64,000 bases of DNA, from NCBI GenBank assembly GCA_965228475.1, contig OZ245817.1:4032001-4096000 (forward strand), in the 5' to 3' direction. Positions within the stretch are counted from its first letter, which is position 1. Each line of letters begins with the position of its first letter. This document shows positions 48,351 to 57,669 of the stretch, one piece after another. Below the pieces are notes generated by a model. The model searched no databases, was not told the origin of the DNA, and saw only the letters and a program-made list of their open reading frames with translations. The position numbers and the translations under genes were made by a program. The DNA comes from Myxococcota bacterium (GTDB taxonomy: Bacteria > Myxococcota_A > UBA9160 > JAFDDA01).

Positions 48351-50354
48351 ATGTCGCCCGCCGCGAAACGCCAGGCCCGCTCGCGAATTCCCCCGCTCCT
48401 TCCCGAACCGCGCGTCGTCCGGCCCGCCGCCGGCACCTTCACGCTGCGCGACGGCCTGCCCATCGTGCTCGAACCGGGCGCGAGCGAAGCCGACGAGCGG
48501 AGCGCGCGGCGCCTGGCCGAAGCGGTCCATGCGGCCTGCGGGCTCTCTCTTCCGGTCGAGGGACATGCCGAAGCCGACGACCTCGGCCCGCGCATCGAGC
48601 TGCGCCGCCGCTCGGGAGCCGGCCGGGTCGCCCAGGGCTACACGATCTCGGTCTCGGGCGTCCGCATCGAGGCCGTGGGCGGGGGCGATTCCGGCCTGCG
48701 CTACGCGGTCGAAACGCTGGCCCAGCTCGTCGCGCGCAGCGGCCGCGTGCCCGCCTGCGAGATCGAAGACACCCCGGACTTCCGCTACCGCGGCGTGATG
48801 CTCGACGTCTCGCGGGGCAAGGTCCCGACCGCCGACGCCCTGCGCGACGTCATCGAGATCTGCGCACGGATGAAGCTGAACGTGCTCATGCTCTACACCG
48901 AGCACACGTTCCAGTTCCGCCGCCACCCCGAGATCGGCGCCGGCGCTTCCCCGATGGATGCGGACACCGTGCGTGCCCTCGACACCTTCGCGGCCGAGCG
49001 GCACGTCGAGCTGGTGCCGACGCTCCAGTCGCTCGGCCACATGCGCCACGTTCTCGCTCTCGACGGCTACCGCCACCTCGCCGAGACCGACCGCCTCTGG
49101 ACGCTCGCACCCGTCGACCCCGGCACCTACACCCTGCTCTCGGACCTCTACGCCGAGTACCTGCCGAACTTCCGCTCGGCCTTCTTCAACGCGAACTGCG
49201 ACGAACCCTACGATCTCGGCCGCGGCCGCTCGGCCGAACGCTCGCGCGAGCTCGGGCCGGGCGGCCTGTTCCTCGAGCACGTCCGCCGCATCCGCGACCT
49301 CGCCCGCGACCACGGCAAGCGCACCCTCGTCTGGGGCGACGTCGTCCACCAGCATCCCCAGCGCATCCCGGAGATCGACCGGGACCTCGTCCTGCTCGAC
49401 TGGTGGTACGAGGCGAAGGGCGACTTCGAGCGCGTGAAGCGCTTCGCGGAGAACGGCATCGAGTTCTGGGTCTGCCCGGGGACCTCTTCGTGGAACTGCC
49501 TCTTCCCGCGCGTCGCGAACGCCGAGCAGAACGTCGCCGCCTACGCCGATGCGGGCCGGCGCCACGGCGCCGCCGGACTCGTGAACACCGACTGGGGCGA
49601 TCACGGCCACTACAACCTCCAGGCCAACTCCTGGCTCGGCTACGCCCAGGGAGCGCAGCAGGCCTGGTCCGGCGAGTACGACGCGAAGCGTTTCGACGGT
49701 GCGTTCTCGCGCCTCTGCTTCGGGGACGAGACCGGGCGTGCCGCACGCCTCTACCGCGAGCTGGGCGCCGTGCACGACGTCGGAAGCCCCGTGTTCAACG
49801 GCTCGCTCCTGCAGTTCATCTTCTTCGACGACGTGGGCTCGGCACTCTTTTGCGTGGGCGGACGGGCCGCGAAGCTGCGCCGCGCCCTCGCCAAGCTCGA
49901 GCGCGCGCGCGAGCGCATCAGCAATGCCCCGGAGGCCTTCGTCGGCGACCCCCACGCCCACGACGAACTCCTCTACGCCGCCGACGCCTCCTGCTTCGCC
50001 GCCCGCAAGGGCCTCGCCGCCCTCGAATGGCTCGCGTGGCGAAAGAAGCCCGAGCGGCTCGGTACGCGCGAGCGCAGGAAGCTCGCCAAGACGCTGCAGC
50101 GCCTGGCCGGCGAGCAGGCCGGGCTCGGGCGCCGCCTCCGCCGGCTCTGGCTCGCACGCTCGGGGCCCGGCGGCTTCGAGGTCGTGGCCGCCCGCCTGGC
50201 CGGCTCGGTGAAGAGCCTGCGCGCGGCGGCGCGACGGCTCGAGCAGGGCAGACCGCCCGCCGAGGCACCCCCCGAGGCCTTCGATTTCATGACCGGATAC
50301 CGCGCGTTGACCGAACAGGTTGCGCGCTCGGGACCGATCCTGCCCGACGCCTGA
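48351..50354 (+). CDS. GH20 family beta-N-acetylhexosaminidase (start 48351 or 48339)
   Basis: IEDTPDFRYRGVMLDVSRG, QSLGH, NCDE (catalytic DE pair), WGD, TDWGDHGH. Confidence 0.88.
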   Translation: MSPAAKRQARSRIPPLLPEPRVVRPAAGTFTLRDGLPIVLEPGASEADERSARRLAEAVHAACGLSLPVEGHAEADDLGPRIELRRRSGAGRVAQGYTISVSGVRIEAVGGGDSGLRYAVETLAQLVARSGRVPACEIEDTPDFRYRGVMLDVSRGKVPTADALRDVIEICARMKLNVLMLYTEHTFQFRRHPEIGAGASPMDADTVRALDTFAAERHVELVPTLQSLGHMRHVLALDGYRHLAETDRLWTLAPVDPGTYTLLSDLYAEYLPNFRSAFFNANCDEPYDLGRGRSAERSRELGPGGLFLEHVRRIRDLARDHGKRTLVWGDVVHQHPQRIPEIDRDLVLLDWWYEAKGDFERVKRFAENGIEFWVCPGTSSWNCLFPRVANAEQNVAAYADAGRRHGAAGLVNTDWGDHGHYNLQANSWLGYAQGAQQAWSGEYDAKRFDGAFSRLCFGDETGRAARLYRELGAVHDVGSPVFNGSLLQFIFFDDVGSALFCVGGRAAKLRRALAKLERARERISNAPEAFVGDPHAHDELLYAADASCFAARKGLAALEWLAWRKKPERLGTRERRKLAKTLQRLAGEQAGLGRRLRRLWLARSGPGGFEVVAARLAGSVKSLRAAARRLEQGRPPAEAPPEAFDFMTGYRALTEQVARSGPILPDA

Positions 50355-50448
50355 CGGCGCCCACCCCGGTTCTTCCAGGTTTCCCAAGCAGGCTCCCGTT
50401 CAGTTCGCCCGAGCCCTGGCCGATTCCCCTCGCAGGAGAGCCATCCCG

Positions 50449-51144
50449 TTGGGCAGCACCGTACGCATCCTTTCTGCCAACCTCTGGAACGGCGCCGCCG
50501 AAGCCGACGCCTTCGCCCGCCTGGCGTCCGACCTCGACGCGGACGTCGTCGCCGTCCAGGAGCTGGCACCGGCCCAGGCCGAGGCGCTGGCCGACGCCTT
50601 CCCCTACGGCCTGCTCGAGCCGCGCACGGACTACAACGGCGGCGGCCTCGTCCTCCGCCATCCGGCCGAGGTGCGCCCGGTACCCATGGGACGGCGCCAC
50701 GGCTACGGCGCGACCCTCGACCCCGCCGCCTGGCCGATGCTCGACGCCCCCCTCGAGGTCTTCGGCGTCCACGTCTTCGCGCCCCACGCATACTACGGGC
50801 TCGGCCTGCCCCTGCGCTGGCCGCAGATGCGGGATCTCACCCGGCGCCTCGACGGCGCCGAAGGCCGCTCCCAGGTCGTCGTCGGCGACTTCAACTCGAC
50901 GCCCTCGTGGCCGCTCTACTGGCGCATGCGCCTGCGCTTCGCCGATGCCGCGCTCACCGTCGCGCGCCGGAGCGGCGAGCGGCCGCTTCGCACCTGGGGC
51001 CCCTGGCACGGCGCGCCGCGCCTGCTGCGCATCGATCACGCCTTCGTGCGCGGCGGGGAGCCCGAGACCTTCCGGCGCATCGAGGTCCCGGGCTCGGACC
51101 ACAGCGCGGTCCTCCTCGACCTCGCCGTGAACGCTTCGCGCTGA
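50449..51144 (+). CDS. Endonuclease/exonuclease/phosphatase family protein
   Basis: ILSANL, VAVQE, VGDFNS, RIDH, GSDH; AGGAG SD then TTG. Confidence 0.88.
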   Translation: MGSTVRILSANLWNGAAEADAFARLASDLDADVVAVQELAPAQAEALADAFPYGLLEPRTDYNGGGLVLRHPAEVRPVPMGRRHGYGATLDPAAWPMLDAPLEVFGVHVFAPHAYYGLGLPLRWPQMRDLTRRLDGAEGRSQVVVGDFNSTPSWPLYWRMRLRFADAALTVARRSGERPLRTWGPWHGAPRLLRIDHAFVRGGEPETFRRIEVPGSDHSAVLLDLAVNASR

Positions 51145-51239
51145 TCCGCCCCGACGGGCCACCTGCGCTCTTTCGGTAAGATCGACGCCCGCGACGGAAA
51201 CCATCCGTCCGCGTCGGGAATCCCGAGGAGGCGTGCGCG

Positions 51240-52031
51240 TTGGACTACCAGGACATCCGGTTCGAAACGAGCGACCACGTCGCCACCATCACCCTCGACC
51301 GACCCGAGGTGATGAACGCCTTCCGCGGGCGAACCTGCGAAGAGCTGATCCACGCCCTCCATCGCGCCGGCTACGACCGCGACGTCGGCGCGATCATCCT
51401 GACCGGCGCCGGAGAGCGGGCCTTCTGCACCGGCGGCGACCAGTCGGGCCACGACGAGGACGGCGCCTACTCGGGGAGCCGCGGCGTGATCGGCATGCCG
51501 ATCGACGAAGTCCACACCGCCATGCGCGACGTGCCGAAGCCCGTCCTCGCCAAGGTGCGCGGCTATGCCATCGGCGGCGGGAACGTGCTCGCGACGATCT
51601 GCGATCTCACCCTCGCGGCGGAGAGCGCCATCTTCGGCCAGGTCGGACCGAAGATGGGTTCGGTGGATCCGGGCTTCGGCACCGCCTACCTCGCGCACGT
51701 GGTCGGAGAAAAGAAAGCGCGGGAGATGTGGTACCTGTGCCGCCGCTACTCAGCCCAGGAAGCGAAGGAGATGGGCCTCGTGAACGAGGTCGTCCCCGAC
51801 GACCAGCTCGACGCCGTGGCCATGGAGTGGGCCCGCGAGATCGCCGAACGGAGCCCCACGGCGATCGCGCTGGCCAAGCGCTCCTTCAACGCGGACACCG
51901 AGAACATCCGGGGCATCGGCAGCCTCGGCTTCCAGGCGGTCGCGCTCTACTACGGAACCGAGGAGTCCAAGGAAGGCGGAGCCGCCCTCGCGGAGAAGCG
52001 CCGGCCGGACTTCCGCAAGAAATCCGGCTGA
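51240..52031 (+). CDS. badI: 2-ketocyclohexanecarboxyl-CoA hydrolase (BadI/MenB-like crotonase)
   Basis: NAFRGRTCEELI..L..AGYD, FCTGGDQS, RDVPKPV, GGGNVLATICDLT, GQVGPKMGSVDPG, LYYGTEES are BadI-type rather than MenB-type. Confidence 0.85.
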   Translation: MDYQDIRFETSDHVATITLDRPEVMNAFRGRTCEELIHALHRAGYDRDVGAIILTGAGERAFCTGGDQSGHDEDGAYSGSRGVIGMPIDEVHTAMRDVPKPVLAKVRGYAIGGGNVLATICDLTLAAESAIFGQVGPKMGSVDPGFGTAYLAHVVGEKKAREMWYLCRRYSAQEAKEMGLVNEVVPDDQLDAVAMEWAREIAERSPTAIALAKRSFNADTENIRGIGSLGFQAVALYYGTEESKEGGAALAEKRRPDFRKKSG

Positions 52032-52077
52032 CGCGGTCGCCGCAGACGTCGCTACGTTCTTCACGAGGGGGATCGAC

Positions 52078-52827
52078 ATGAGCACGGAAGGTTCCGGGGC
52101 GTCGCGAGCCGCAGGAGACGGGCTCCACAACGAAGACGTGTTCGTCGTCGAGCCGGGGCTCGGCCTGTATCTCGTCTGCGACGGCGCCAGCGGCGCGCCG
52201 GCCGGCGAGGCCGCGGCCCGCATCGCCAGCGAGGCGATCGAGGCCTTCGTCGAGCGGGCCGACGAGGAGATCGACCTCGGTGGGAGCCGGGCGAGCCTCG
52301 CAGTCGTCGAGCGCGCCATGCGCTACGCGCTCGGCTGCGTCCTCGACTCCGACGAACTGACGCCCGGGCCGGGGCTTCTCACGACCGCCACCCTGCTTCT
52401 GGCCCACGGCCGCACCGGAGTGATCGGACACTGCGGCGACAGCCGCGCCTACCTCGTCCGCCAGGACCGCTGCCATCAGCTCACGCGCGACCACGAGCTC
52501 ACGGAAGAGAGCGCCGGCGGTGGCGAGGTGCCCTTCGACGTCTTCCGGGTCGACCTGCATGCCGGCGACACGGTGATTCTCTGCACGGACGGAGCCGAGG
52601 ACGTCGTCCAGAACCGGGAGATCGTCCGGGCCGCTTCCCGGCTGGCGCCCCGTGTCCTCGCCAGCCGGATCGTCAGCGTGGCCAACCGCGAGCACTCGGA
52701 TCAGGACGCGACCGCCGTGGTCGTTCGCGTTCAGCACGAGCGAGATCCGGGTTGGCTCGGCGTCTCCGAGCCCACGCGCGGGACGTCCTACGGCCACACG
52801 CTCGAACACGCGTCGCGGCCGGCCTGA
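52078..52827 (+). CDS. PP2C-family Ser/Thr protein phosphatase
   Basis: NED, VCDG, GDSRAY, QLTRDH, LCTDG, DQDATAVVV. Confidence 0.82.
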   Translation: MSTEGSGASRAAGDGLHNEDVFVVEPGLGLYLVCDGASGAPAGEAAARIASEAIEAFVERADEEIDLGGSRASLAVVERAMRYALGCVLDSDELTPGPGLLTTATLLLAHGRTGVIGHCGDSRAYLVRQDRCHQLTRDHELTEESAGGGEVPFDVFRVDLHAGDTVILCTDGAEDVVQNREIVRAASRLAPRVLASRIVSVANREHSDQDATAVVVRVQHERDPGWLGVSEPTRGTSYGHTLEHASRPA

Positions 52828-52830
52828 CGA

Positions 52831-52860
52831 GCCGCGCCCCCCTCGGAAGAGGGGCGCGGC
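52831..52860. terminator. Stem-loop between convergent genes
   Basis: Perfect 10-bp inverted repeat GCCGCGCCCC/GGGGCGCGGC; no U-tract. Confidence 0.6.
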
Positions 52861-52878
52861 GCCAGCATCACACTGGAG

Positions 52879-55824
52879 CTAGAGGCAGGCGTTCACGCCG
52901 GAGTTGTCCACGCAGATGGGCATCTCCGGGGAGAGCGGGCCGTGCGGGTTCTGCACCTGGAGCAGGTGCAGGCCGTTCGGCGGCACGCTGCTGAGCGAGA
53001 TCACGACGGTCTGCGAATCGCAGTACGGCGTGAAGCTTCCGCCCTGACAGCTGATCGAGCCGCTCACGACCTGGCCGTCCACGATGATCTGGGCATCGCC
53101 GCGCACGTCCACGCCGACCAGGGTCATCGGGTTCTCGGCGGGAAGGACCGGCAGATCCGGGTTGCCCGTCGCCCCGTTCCCGTTGCCCACCTGCGACAGC
53201 AGCGGCATGCGGTGGGTCGCCGCGCCGTAGTTCTGCGGAAGCGCGCCGGTGAAGGTCAGCGTCGCGTCGCCGGCCGCCGCCAGGGCGATCAGCGAAGCCC
53301 GGGTGTGGGAGATCGAGTCGTTGGCGTTCTTGTAGGTGCCGTCGTCCCGGTAGGAGAGAATGACCCAGACGGAGTTGCCGCCCTGGTCGATCTCGCCGTG
53401 GGCGCGCAGGTTCACCATGCCGTCGTCGTCCGCTTCTTCGAGCCGGGCGATCACCGCCTCGGTGTCGGTGAGCTCGGGTGCGACGGAGGTCACGTCGTTC
53501 AGGGTGACCTGCCGGCCGAGAACCCCGCTGAAGCCCGTGCTCGCCTCTTCCGCCATCTGGAAGATGTCGAAGACGCCCTTGCCGTAGACCGGGAAGAACA
53601 CGGCGAAGGCCGCCGAGAGGACCGCGTCCTCCTCGAAGCCCTGGGCCGGGTCGTAGGGAATCTCCGTGGCGAGCGTCGCGATCGGGAAGCCCAGGATGTT
53701 GATGATCTGCGAGGTCTTCGCCCACTCCATGGTCTCTTCCGCGGCGGTCACGCCGAGGGAGAACTGGAGCCAGCGGTCCGTCATGCCGCGCATGGTCGGC
53801 ACGTCGAAGCCGCCGAGGGTCGACGAGCTGTGCCCGACGCCGAGGGGCAGCGAGTGGCACCCGGAGTTCGAGTCCGCACAGGTCAGGACGCCCACGAACC
53901 CGCCGGCGCCGCCGACGTCGACGAAGAAGTCCGAGAAGCCCTGGTTGGCGCTCGCCGTGAGCGCGTCGTCCGCGCGGCGCGAGCGCGGCGGCGGGTAGGC
54001 GACGTTGCCGAGGAAGACGGCCATGTCGTCCTGCTCCTGCACCGAGAGCTCGTTCCCGCCGAGCGGGCAGCCGGCCGGGTTGGTCGCGAGGTTCTGGTCG
54101 CACATCACGCCGGAGAGCGCGTGGACGACCAGATCCAGGAAGCAGTCGTGCTCGTCGCCGTCGGAGATGTCGCAGCTCGGCGGGACGTTTCCGTTCACGC
54201 CGACCGCGCCGTCCGCGCCGCCGAAGGGGTCGCCGAGGGCACCGTCCCAGTGGAGCGGCACGGTGTTGGCGAGGCCGCGCACGGGCATCGTGCTGCGGAT
54301 CTCGTCGTTCTCGTTGCAGGCCCCGAAGAAGCAGGCGCCGCCGATCCGCCAGAGCAGCTGGTCCGTGTTGCCGTCCGGGTGGCAGCTCTCGCAGGAGAAC
54401 GTGCCGTCCGTCGAGGCGAAGCCGCTGCTGAAGGCGATGCGGCCGCGGCGGATGGCATCCGGCGTCGGATCGGCACCGACCGTGAACTTGCCCGTGTGCG
54501 TGATGGCCCCGGGCGTGCTCACGTCGACCACGGAGACCGTGTTCTCGAGCGTGTTCAGCACGTAGGCCGTCTGGGGCGCGCCGCCGCCGTCCGAGAGGAG
54601 CGCCACGCCCTTCGGGATCTGCTGGCCGAAGTCCGCCGGCACGCCGGCGTTCAGGTCGAGCGTGTCGAGGATCGCGCCGGTGCTCGCGTTCATCGTGAAC
54701 ACGCGGCTCGTCCCGGCCGCGGTCGCCACGATCGTCGCGTCGTTGTCGCTCAGGGCGATGCCGTAGGGGGTGGCCAGGGCCGTCGTGACCGGGCTCCCCG
54801 GCGCCGGCTCGAGCTCGATGCTCGTCTGGACGCTGCAGCTCGCGCCGCTGCAATCCACGTTGCCGATCTGATTCAGGAACATGCGGTTCTCGAGGGCGAC
54901 GAGGTCGTTCGCTCCCGTGTCGTTGTTGCCGCCGTTCACCTCGTTGCGCGCCTCGACCTGCGTGATGAAGACCTCGTCCGTCGAGCTGATGACGAGGTCG
55001 TAGAGCAGGGTCCCGACGCCGGTGACGGCTTCGTCGAGCGTATCCGTGGCGGTGTCGATCACGAAGAGGTCGCGGTCCGGCACGTCCGGGTCGATCACGA
55101 TGCGCGAGTCCTGACCGGGGATGTTCGGCGAGACGAGCACGAAGTCCGCCAGGTCCGCGGCATCGAGGGTGCACTGGGGCGGGTTCAGGCCGCCGGGGCA
55201 GAGCGAGAGCTCGGACTGGTTGCCCGACTCGAAGACGGCGACGTAGAGCTTGCCGTTGCGGACGGCGATGGCCCGCGGCTCCTGGGCGGTGATGTGGATG
55301 CGCCCGGTGACCTCGTAGGTCGTGGTGTCGATGATCGCGATGTCGTTGCGCGAGGAGAGCGCCACGTAGGCCTTGGCGTTGCTCGCGAAGGCGATGCCGG
55401 TCGGCTCGTCGAACTGGCTCACGCCGTTGCTGTCGACGTCCTGCACGGTCTCGATCACGCGGTACTGCGTGTCGCCCGCCGTGAGGTCGATGACCGAGAC
55501 CGAGTCCGAGAGGTGGTTCGAGACCCAGAGCTCGGAACCGTCGGGCTTGAGCGCGAGGCTTCCGGGCTCGAGCCCGACCTCGATGGTGGCGAGCGGCGAG
55601 TTGCCGGCGGTCGCGATCACGCTGACCGTGCCGCTCGTCGTGTTGGCCACGAACAAGAGCGAGCCGTCGCCGGAAAGAAGGATGGGCTTGACCTGGGGAC
55701 TCGCGAAGGTCTGCTGCCCCTTCGGTTCGTGGTTGTTCACTTCGTTGCAGGCGGCACCGAGGTGCGAGACGCCGAGAACGACGGCTGCCAGAACGAACCA
55801 GCGGGCGGAATGGTTGGGGCGCAT
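52879..55824 (-). CDS. Exported YVTN-type beta-propeller protein fused to a di-haem cytochrome c peroxidase/MauG-like domain
   Basis: Lipobox-like LGAAC; FVANTTSGTVSVI and WVSNHLSDSVSVID repeats; GRIAF...SCESCHPDG; second site CADSNSGCH; FDVPTMRGM; GGAGG SD. Confidence 0.8.
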   Translation of the reverse strand: MRPNHSARWFVLAAVVLGVSHLGAACNEVNNHEPKGQQTFASPQVKPILLSGDGSLLFVANTTSGTVSVIATAGNSPLATIEVGLEPGSLALKPDGSELWVSNHLSDSVSVIDLTAGDTQYRVIETVQDVDSNGVSQFDEPTGIAFASNAKAYVALSSRNDIAIIDTTTYEVTGRIHITAQEPRAIAVRNGKLYVAVFESGNQSELSLCPGGLNPPQCTLDAADLADFVLVSPNIPGQDSRIVIDPDVPDRDLFVIDTATDTLDEAVTGVGTLLYDLVISSTDEVFITQVEARNEVNGGNNDTGANDLVALENRMFLNQIGNVDCSGASCSVQTSIELEPAPGSPVTTALATPYGIALSDNDATIVATAAGTSRVFTMNASTGAILDTLDLNAGVPADFGQQIPKGVALLSDGGGAPQTAYVLNTLENTVSVVDVSTPGAITHTGKFTVGADPTPDAIRRGRIAFSSGFASTDGTFSCESCHPDGNTDQLLWRIGGACFFGACNENDEIRSTMPVRGLANTVPLHWDGALGDPFGGADGAVGVNGNVPPSCDISDGDEHDCFLDLVVHALSGVMCDQNLATNPAGCPLGGNELSVQEQDDMAVFLGNVAYPPPRSRRADDALTASANQGFSDFFVDVGGAGGFVGVLTCADSNSGCHSLPLGVGHSSSTLGGFDVPTMRGMTDRWLQFSLGVTAAEETMEWAKTSQIINILGFPIATLATEIPYDPAQGFEEDAVLSAAFAVFFPVYGKGVFDIFQMAEEASTGFSGVLGRQVTLNDVTSVAPELTDTEAVIARLEEADDDGMVNLRAHGEIDQGGNSVWVILSYRDDGTYKNANDSISHTRASLIALAAAGDATLTFTGALPQNYGAATHRMPLLSQVGNGNGATGNPDLPVLPAENPMTLVGVDVRGDAQIIVDGQVVSGSISCQGGSFTPYCDSQTVVISLSSVPPNGLHLLQVQNPHGPLSPEMPICVDNSGVNACL

Positions 55825-55996
55825 GAATCCTCCAGACGGGTCCGCGAAGTGTACAGACGCGGGCCGAGGGGGTCGACGCACTTCGACCCCCCGGTAAGTG
55901 CCTCAAGCCCTTGAAAAGTGTCGGGGATTTCCGTTTCCGGAGGCCGCCCGCCCGAAAGGAGGGCCTGAGAGCCTCTCGGCCCGTTTTCGCCCGCTT

Positions 55997-56035
55997 CGAC
56001 GCAGCGCGACGCCCCGGTCTAGACGCGCTGCGTCG
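55997..56035. repeat. 12-bp inverted repeat spanning the acyl-CoA ligase stop codon
   Basis: CGACGCAGCGCG (55997-56008) and CGCGCTGCGTCG (56024-56035). Confidence 0.6.
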
Positions 56036-57620
56036 CGACCCCTTCGGCCCAGCGGTAGTCCGGCTTGCCGCTCGGCGAGCGCTCGACGGCCTTCACCAGG
56101 TGGAGCTCGCGCGGGACCTTGTACCCGGCCAGGTGCTCGCGGCAGTGGGCCTGGAGCCCTTCGAGATCGAGTGCGGCGCCTTCTCGCGGCGCGACCACCG
56201 CGGAGACGCGCGCCCCCCAGCGTTCGTCGGGAACGCCGACGACCACGGCGTCCCAGACGGCCGGGTGGGACTTCACGGCGGTCTCCACCTCTTCGGGGAA
56301 GATCTTCTCGCCGCCCGAGTTGATGCACTGGGAGCCGCGCCCGAGGAGCGTGATGGTGCCGTCGTCCTCGAGCCGCGCGAAGTCGCCCGGGATCACCGCG
56401 CGCCGCCCGCCGATCTCGACGAAGGTCTCGGCGGACTTCTTCGGATCCTTGTAGTACTCGAGCGGCACGTTGCCGCAACGGGCGAGCTTGCCGGTGACGC
56501 CGGGCGGAGTCGGCTCGCCCGCTTCGTCCACGACCAGCGTGTCGAGGCCCGCCTTCACGTTGGGGCCGCCCCGCGTGAAGGCCGTCTTCCCCTTCACGAT
56601 GATGGTGAGCCCGTTCCCGCCGCCCTCCGAGGAGCCGATGCTCTCGGTGATGACGAGGTTCGGCAGGTGCTCGAAGAACTCGTCCTTCACCGCCGGCGAA
56701 AAGACCGCCGCGGTGCTGACCACCGCGATCAGCGAGGACAGGTCGTGCGTGTTGCGGCCGAGCGCTTCCACGAGAGGTCGCCCCATGGCGTCGCCCGTGA
56801 TGAAGAGGCTCTGGATCTTCTCGGCCTCGACCAGACGCCAGACGTCGTCCGGGTCGAAGCGCGAGACGAGGCCCGTCATGCGGCCAACGAAGCTCCCCCC
56901 CATGACCGACCACTGGGTCGCGCCGTGCATGAGCGGCGCGAGCGGCAGGAAGCGCGTGAGGCCCGGGCGGTTGCCCTTTTCGATCATGTCCTCGGGCGCC
57001 TTCGCGCGGGAGCCGTCCTGGAGGTCGACGCCGCCGCCGAGGGCGTAGAAGACGTCCTCGTGGCGCCAGACCACGCCCTTGGGCATGCCCGTCGTGCCGC
57101 CCGTGTAGAGGATGTAGTGGTCGTCGTTCGAGCGCGCCGGGAAATCCCGCTCGGCGGAACCTTCCGCGAGGGCGGTTTCGTAGGGGACCGAGTCCATGCC
57201 CGAGAGATCCGCGCCCGATCCGTCCTCGATCACGATCGAGTGCGAGAGGAGCGGCATCACGTCGAGCACCGAGCGCACGCGCGGCGCGAACTCCCGGGCG
57301 TAGACCAGGGCCTTCAGGTCCGCGTTGTCGAACAGGTAGCGGAGCTCGTCCTCGACGTAGCGGTAGTTGATGTTGATCCAGACGGCGCGGACCTTGAACA
57401 CGGCCCAGAGCGTCTCGACCCACTCGACGCAGTTGTAGGCGTAGATGCCGACGTGGTCGCCGGGGCCGATGCCGTTCGCGGCCAGGTGGTGCGCGAGCTG
57501 ATTCGCACGGGCGTCCATCTCGGCGAAGGTGCGGCGCTCGCCTTCGGCGACGAGGTATTCGCGGTCGGGCCACGCGTCTACGGCTTGCTCGAACAGATCG
57601 GCGAGATTGAACGTCGTCAT
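56019..57620 (-). CDS. Acyl-CoA synthetase (FadD19-like)
   Basis: NINYRYVEDEL, YTGGTTGMPKGVVW, GSSE, GRGSQCINSGGEKIFPEEVE, RSPSGKPDY. Confidence 0.93.
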   Translation of the reverse strand: MTTFNLADLFEQAVDAWPDREYLVAEGERRTFAEMDARANQLAHHLAANGIGPGDHVGIYAYNCVEWVETLWAVFKVRAVWININYRYVEDELRYLFDNADLKALVYAREFAPRVRSVLDVMPLLSHSIVIEDGSGADLSGMDSVPYETALAEGSAERDFPARSNDDHYILYTGGTTGMPKGVVWRHEDVFYALGGGVDLQDGSRAKAPEDMIEKGNRPGLTRFLPLAPLMHGATQWSVMGGSFVGRMTGLVSRFDPDDVWRLVEAEKIQSLFITGDAMGRPLVEALGRNTHDLSSLIAVVSTAAVFSPAVKDEFFEHLPNLVITESIGSSEGGGNGLTIIVKGKTAFTRGGPNVKAGLDTLVVDEAGEPTPPGVTGKLARCGNVPLEYYKDPKKSAETFVEIGGRRAVIPGDFARLEDDGTITLLGRGSQCINSGGEKIFPEEVETAVKSHPAVWDAVVVGVPDERWGARVSAVVAPREGAALDLEGLQAHCREHLAGYKVPRELHLVKAVERSPSGKPDYRWAEGVATQRV

Positions 57621-57669
57621 GGCGGCATCTTACCGTGACGGGCCGCCCGGGTGGCAAGCGTCCGAGCGG

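Noticed and set aside
51240..52031. menB call
   Set aside because: Sequence signatures fit BadI better and no men genes are adjacent.
55868..55891. GGGGGTCGA/TCGACCCCC inverted repeat as an ncRNA
   Set aside because: A single short hairpin upstream of a likely promoter; more simply an operator or terminator.
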